Source of the DNA: a virus
Virus record (IMG/VR): IMGVR_UViG_3300037193_002766
Location: 1-60,911 of that record
Reading direction: 5' to 3' (one strand)
Length of the DNA: 60,911 nt
The notes under the pieces are model-generated. The model did no database searches. It was given only the letters and a program-made list of their open reading frames with translations, and was not told the origin of the DNA. The translations under genes were made by a program, and so were the position numbers. This document shows, piece after piece, positions 56,608 to 60,911 of this stretch. The stretch's first letter is position 1. Each line of letters starts with the position of its first letter.

Positions 56608-59600
56608 TAGCCACCTGCCTTCGAGATCCAGTCCAGGTCCTGGGCGGTGGCATACGGGTCGTCGCCCTTGGGCGGGTAGTAGTTCTCGATGTTCACCAGA
56701 GCCCGCTGACCATCGCCGGCGCTCGTGCTGTCGTGGCCGAATGCCGAGGCCTGGCGAGGATCGGCGGGAACCGAGCCGCCAGACGGCATGAGCGTTGCCG
56801 ACTGGGCACCGGCTTCCGCGAGCCGGTCACCGAGCGAACCGACGTACCCGAACAGCTCGGCCTCTTGCGATCGCAGTCCCGCAAGCAGGCCGTGCATGAT
56901 CGCCTGACCTGCTGGTACCAGCAGCTTGCGGTCGTAGGGCAGCGGGCCCTTCAGCTCGCGGATCTTGTCGGCGATCCCGGAGACGTAGTTGTACACGTCC
57001 TGGGCCGCGTCCTTGATGCCGCGCAGCAGGCCGTTGAGCAAGTCCTTGCCCGCTTGCCAGAGCTTGCTGCCCAAATCGCCGATGCCCTCGACGATCCGGC
57101 CAGGCAGGCCCTTTGCCCACTCGACGAGCTCGCGGCCCTTCTCCTCGGCCCCGTCTTTCGCCCTCTGCCAGGCATCCCTGGCCCACTGACCGATTCGGGC
57201 GTTGAGGTCCGAGACGGCCTCGACGATGCGTCCGGGTAGATCCTCCGCCCAGTCGAGCAGCTCCTGGCCCTTACGGGCCGCCGTGTCCTTGGCGTTCTGC
57301 CAGGCTTGCCGTGCCCACTCGCCGATCTTGGCGTTGAACTCGGCAAGAGCCTCAACGATCCGACCGGGCAACCCCGTGGCCCACTCGATCAACTCCGTGG
57401 TCTTCGTGACCGCCGTGTCCTTGGCCCACTGCCAGGCGTCGCCGATCCACTCGATCAGCTTCGATCCCAGTTCTCCGCCAGCCTCAACCAGCTTGAACGG
57501 CAACACGATCGCCCACGCGATCGCCCACTGAAGGCCCTCGGTGAGGGCCCACTTGATGCCCTCGACCGCAGCGTCGAACCAGCCCTTGGCCTGCTCTCCC
57601 AGACCTGAGAGGCCCTGGCCGATCTTCGCCGGGAGACTGATCACCCAGGCGACCAGCTCATCCAGCTTCCGAACCGCTGAGTCCTTGACCTGCCCGAACC
57701 AGGTCTCGACCTTGCCTGGCAGCGACGTGATCCAGGACAGCGCATCGGAGATCCACTGGCCCGCATCCTTGAAGACCTGAACCGTGCCGTTCCAGGCGTC
57801 CTTGGCGTCGTCCTTGATCGCCTGCCAGTCGCCGCCCAGCAGTTCGACGAGCCCGCCGACGAGATTGTCGGCGGCGCCGATCGCGGCGTCGACCGCGCCG
57901 CCGACGATGCCTTCCACGCCGGCCCAGGCTTTCGACCAGTCACCGCTCAAGATCCCGGCGACGAGCTGAACCGCACCACGGATCATCTGGACCAGGCCCT
58001 CAAAAATCCTGATGGTGCCCTCGATCTTGGTCGCGACGGTGTCGATCCAGTCGCTGCTCTCCCACACGTCCTCGACGAACGCGATCGTCTCGGACACGGC
58101 CTTGGTGACCTCGTCGTAGAGGCGCTTGCCGCCGGCGACGATGCGGTCGATCTGCTCGCCGTGTGTGGATGCCCAGTCGCGGACGTCCTGCACGATGCCG
58201 TCGATCAGTTCGCGGCCCTGAGAGACGATGTTCTCGATGGCCGCCGGGACGCCAGTCAGCTTCAGGCCGTCCATGAGCGCCGACAGCGACGGCAGGACGT
58301 TGTTGCCGATGAAGTTGACCAGGCCGTGTTCCATCGTCCGCTTAAAGCTCTCGATGCGGGTGGAGGCGTTGTCGGCGAGCGTCTCGCCCATCTTGTCCGC
58401 CGCGCCCTCGACCTGTCCGAGTGCCGCGACAGCCTCGCTGGGGTCGAGCGCGAAGAGGCTGTCGGCGAGATCCTCGGCCTTGGTGCCGAACAACGCGACG
58501 GCGGCGGCGTTGCGCTCGACGGGGTCTTCCATGTTCCGCAGCCGGTCGAGGACGGTGTCGAGCGCCTGGGAGGCTTCAGGGCCGCCGCGGGCGAAGATCG
58601 CCGTCATCTCCTTGGCGTTCAAGCCAATGGCCTCGAACCCCTCGGCGCTGGTGGTGCTGGCGTCCTGCGCGCGGATCGCGAATTCCTTCAGTGCGTCGGC
58701 GACGGTGTCGCTGTCGCGTGCGCCCGCGCGCAGGCCCTGGCTGATCAGCCCCATCGCCTGCTCACCGGACAGGCCGAGGTCGCGGAACATCGTGGGGTAT
58801 TCGGAGAACGTGTCGAGCAGGTCTTCGGCCTCGTTCGCGCCCTGCTGGGCGCCACGGGTGAGGATGTCGAAGGCCTGGTCGGCGTTGTCCGCCAACCCGG
58901 TTTTGATCATTTTCGCGGCGGCGCGGGTGGCCTTGGTGACGTCCTCGCCGATCACCGTGGCGAAGTTCATCGCCTTCGCCGTGACTGCTTCGATTTCCGA
59001 CGCGAGGGCATCCTCGGGGATCAGCCCGGACTGCCACACGCTGCGTAGCGCCTCGGTCACGTCGGTCATGGACTCGCCGTAGGCGTCGGCGTATAGGTCA
59101 CCGGCGATCCGGCCGAACTCCTGCGACATCTCCGGCGTGGCGCCGATCTGCGCGGCGAGCTTGTCGACCGCGGCCTCGGCGTCGAGTGCTTTGGTGAACC
59201 CGGCGATCAGCACGGCGCCGATCGCCGCACCTGCGGCTGCCCAGCCGAGGCCCTTGAGCGAGCCCATCATCCCGGCGCCTGCGGTTTCCGCGCCGGCCTG
59301 TCCGGAGTCACCCAGCCCTTCGGAGAGGCCTTCACCGACGTCTTCACCGGCTCGGACGAACCGGCCCCTCGAATCCCGCAATCGCCCGTCCGCGCCGCGG
59401 GTGAACTCCTCCGCGACGTCCTCGCCGGAGCCGCGCGCGGCGTCCTCGGCGTCGTCGAACGCACGCTCGACGATGTCGTCCAGCTCGCGGAAGCCGCGTT
59501 CCATCTCCTCCGTGAAGGCCTCAGCCTCACGTTCGAACTGCCGCTCCAACTGCTCCAAGTCGGAGTCGATGTCCGCGATGAAGCGGTCGAATTGCCTTTC

Positions 59601-59672
59601 AGCGCTGGACAGTCCGGACTCGAACTCGCGGTCGTCGATGTCCATGTAGGCGGCGAGGGTGCCGACGTCCAT
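56607..59672 (-). CDS. Tape measure protein
   Basis: 1021 aa, helical, with three ~37-aa tandem repeats (...LPGRIVEA...NA[KR]IG[EQ]WAR.AWQ...). Confidence 0.9.
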   Translation of the reverse strand: MDVGTLAAYMDIDDREFESGLSSAERQFDRFIADIDSDLEQLERQFEREAEAFTEEMERGFRELDDIVERAFDDAEDAARGSGEDVAEEFTRGADGRLRDSRGRFVRAGEDVGEGLSEGLGDSGQAGAETAGAGMMGSLKGLGWAAAGAAIGAVLIAGFTKALDAEAAVDKLAAQIGATPEMSQEFGRIAGDLYADAYGESMTDVTEALRSVWQSGLIPEDALASEIEAVTAKAMNFATVIGEDVTKATRAAAKMIKTGLADNADQAFDILTRGAQQGANEAEDLLDTFSEYPTMFRDLGLSGEQAMGLISQGLRAGARDSDTVADALKEFAIRAQDASTTSAEGFEAIGLNAKEMTAIFARGGPEASQALDTVLDRLRNMEDPVERNAAAVALFGTKAEDLADSLFALDPSEAVAALGQVEGAADKMGETLADNASTRIESFKRTMEHGLVNFIGNNVLPSLSALMDGLKLTGVPAAIENIVSQGRELIDGIVQDVRDWASTHGEQIDRIVAGGKRLYDEVTKAVSETIAFVEDVWESSDWIDTVATKIEGTIRIFEGLVQMIRGAVQLVAGILSGDWSKAWAGVEGIVGGAVDAAIGAADNLVGGLVELLGGDWQAIKDDAKDAWNGTVQVFKDAGQWISDALSWITSLPGKVETWFGQVKDSAVRKLDELVAWVISLPAKIGQGLSGLGEQAKGWFDAAVEGIKWALTEGLQWAIAWAIVLPFKLVEAGGELGSKLIEWIGDAWQWAKDTAVTKTTELIEWATGLPGRIVEALAEFNAKIGEWARQAWQNAKDTAARKGQELLDWAEDLPGRIVEAVSDLNARIGQWARDAWQRAKDGAEEKGRELVEWAKGLPGRIVEGIGDLGSKLWQAGKDLLNGLLRGIKDAAQDVYNYVSGIADKIRELKGPLPYDRKLLVPAGQAIMHGLLAGLRSQEAELFGYVGSLGDRLAEAGAQSATLMPSGGSVPADPRQASAFGHDSTSAGDGQRALVNIENYYPPKGDDPYATAQDLDWISKAGG

Positions 59673-59683
59673 GACGGATCACC

Positions 59684-60297
59684 TCACCCTCGCCGTGCGA
59701 ACGCCCTGAGTGCTTCGCGGCCGTCTTCGCCGGACAGGACGATCGGTTCCTTGGATGCCACCTGCCGCCACCTGGACTGGTCGGACAGGCCGACGAGCTG
59801 GAACCGGAACTGGGTCCAGCTCAGGCCGTTGCGGAGCTCGGCGCGGAGGTCGCTTCGGTACTCGCGGCGCCAGTCGGCGACGAGGAGTGCCCAGAAGCGG
59901 ATGACGAGGTCGAGCCAGTGGGTTCCGGGGCCGCCCCCTTCGGGGCGTTCGCTTCCCCCGCGTCGTCCGCGTCAGCGTTCTTGTTGTTGCGCTTGCGGTA
60001 GACGGCCATGCATCGCTGGAGTACGTCGCCGAGCCGGTCGATGCCGATGCCGCGCTCGACGATCTCCTCGACCGCGTCGGCGCCGATGAGGACACCGACC
60101 ATGCTCTTGATCTCGGTGATCCCGACGTTGCGTTTGGCGTCGTCCTCGCCGGTTTTGACGCGGTGCACGAACAGCACGAGCTTGGCTGGCAGGGTGGCGG
60201 GCAGCGTGTAGATCTTGCCCATGAGCCGGATCTTCGGCGCTGATGCGTCTTCCTCGGCCCAGTCCTCGTCGAAGTCGATCGCCAGATCGTCGAGCAT
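59684..60297 (-). CDS. Tail assembly chaperone G-T fusion via -1 programmed frameshift
   Basis: The -1 frame is open from 59971 to the TGA at 59684-59686 and has no start codon of its own. It reads ...THWLDLVIRFWALLVADWRREYRSDLRAELRNGLSWTQFRFQLVGLSDQ.... Candidate slip runs are GGGGGAA at 59953-59959 and G5 at 59934-59938. Confidence 0.7.
59821..60297 (-). CDS. Tail assembly chaperone (G form)
   Basis: 158 aa from ATG 60297 (ATGA overlap with the major tail stop). Lies between the tail tube and tape measure genes. Confidence 0.75.
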   Translation of the reverse strand: MLDDLAIDFDEDWAEEDASAPKIRLMGKIYTLPATLPAKLVLFVHRVKTGEDDAKRNVGITEIKSMVGVLIGADAVEEIVERGIGIDRLGDVLQRCMAVYRKRNNKNADADDAGEANAPKGAAPEPTGSTSSSASGHSSSPTGAASTEATSAPSSATA

Positions 60298-60749
60298 CAG
60301 GCCACCGCCGCGGTGGTGGCTGGGCCAGACCGGGTGACCGTGCAGGACCACGAGCTCTTGTCGTTGGTGCCGCCGCCCTGCTCGCCGACCTTGAACGTGG
60401 CGTTCCAGATCGTCCAGGTGGTGTCCATGACGTCGCGGAACCGGATCTTGCCGAGGGAGTCGTAGCCGATGGCGTCGGCGAGAACTTCGCACCGTGCCTG
60501 GCCGGGATCCTTGACGCCGGTGGATCGGTCCTTGGTCTTGAATCCCTCCAGGGTGAACGCGGCGCCGCGCTGCATGACCTCTTCTTCGTAGGCGCCGTCG
60601 CTGTCCATTGTGGTGGTGTCAGCGGTTTCCTCGTTCGCGGAGCGATCGAAGCCGATGGTGTTGAGGTTCGCGATTTCCGTCCACGTGGTGCCGTCGGCTT
60701 CGGCGACCTGGACGATCTGGTCGCGGGCGTTGACCTTGACCATGACCAT
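60297..60749 (-). CDS. Major tail (tube) protein
   Basis: 150 aa, RBS GGAGGA. Position before the chaperones. Confidence 0.65.
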   Translation of the reverse strand: MVMVKVNARDQIVQVAEADGTTWTEIANLNTIGFDRSANEETADTTTMDSDGAYEEEVMQRGAAFTLEGFKTKDRSTGVKDPGQARCEVLADAIGYDSLGKIRFRDVMDTTWTIWNATFKVGEQGGGTNDKSSWSCTVTRSGPATTAAVA

Positions 60750-60770
60750 GGTGTTGTCCTCCGGACATGC

Positions 60771-60911
60771 GTGATGGGCACCGCACCGGAGAGGAACCGG
60801 GCGGAGATCGGGAAGGCGAGGTTGTTACGGGCGCGTGAGAGTTGGTCGGTAGACCTCGACGCGGAAGTTCACGACGTACTCGTGCCGGCCGTTGGCGTCG
60901 CGTCCCATGTA
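60771..60911. repeat. Terminal direct repeat, copy 2 (identical to 1-141)
   Basis: Read directly. Confidence 0.95.

Larger units (their letters stand above)
1..60770. mobile_element. Complete temperate siphovirus-like actinobacteriophage/prophage genome unit
   Basis: Full set of terminase, portal, capsid, tail, lysis, integrase/attP, CI/Cro-like and recombination genes. The exact 141-bp end overlap closes the unit. Confidence 0.85.

Noticed and set aside
56990-57430. Three ~111-bp tandem repeats inside the tape measure gene
   Set aside because: They are real, but they are a common feature of tape measure proteins (length-determining repeats). They are recorded in the feature evidence and not as a novelty.
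59679-60781. ORFs 59679-60095 and 59972-60781 as independent genes
   Set aside because: Both give Arg/Pro-rich translations over the chaperone and major tail genes. Only the distal part of the second frame (59684-59971) looks coding, and it is explained by the G-T frameshift.

Overview
The window is one complete, high-G+C temperate siphovirus-like actinobacteriophage or prophage genome. Bases 1-141 repeat exactly at 60771-60911, so the unit is about 60,770 bp and either circular or terminally redundant. The tail terminator at 55-489 continues into the major tail gene at 60297-60749 across the junction.

Layout:
- Virion genes run on the minus strand in two blocks. One is 13643 down to 55 (TerS, TerL, portal, MuF-like, scaffold, capsid, seven extra head-module genes, connector and neck). 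The other is 60749 down to 49596 (tail tube, G/GT chaperone with a -1 frameshift, tape measure, tail tip, lysis cassette).
- A tyrosine integrase (48216-49454, +) sits next to an attP-like region that contains a tRNA 3-prime fragment.
- A divergent CI-like/Cro-like switch lies at 46436-47422.
- A long, translationally coupled minus-strand early region (46783 down to 25758) encodes RecT, a YqaJ-like exonuclease, a DnaQ-like exonuclease, an SF3-type helicase, WhiB, a long C5-methyltransferase-like protein, ASCH, RuvC, and HNH and LAGLIDADG endonucleases.

Most interesting observations:
1. A 10-kb plus-strand island (15754-25707) breaks the phage layout. It carries an XRE/DUF5753 (WhiJ/Scr1-like) plus DUF6879-like cassette and an actinomycete conjugative-element-like module: Xis-like HTH, FtsH-like HEXXH protease domain, DUF2637 membrane protein, a Pro/Gly-rich Spd-like protein and a TraB/FtsK-like translocase. 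The translocase gene is bracketed by clustered CTCACC repeats, including a perfect 24-bp inverted repeat, which could be a clt-like site.
2. A 535-bp non-coding region (37804-38338) holds about 13 copies of a 10-bp iteron in two opposed arrays around a 33-nt alternating purine-pyrimidine tract. This is a candidate origin.
3. An exact 35-bp promoter/operator cassette (three GCCTACA boxes at 11-bp phasing) occurs twice. One copy is placed to make the Cro-like gene leaderless. Related boxes lie beside the integrase.
4. A tRNA-like gene has perfect acceptor, D and T arms but a 61-nt segment where about 22 nt of anticodon arm plus variable loop are expected.
5. An HNH gene is inserted at the ruvC start with its first nine codons duplicated.
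6. The methyltransferase-like protein has non-canonical catalytic motifs and nine tandem TRD-like repeats.

All domain calls come from reading the translations and recalling family motifs. No searches were run.
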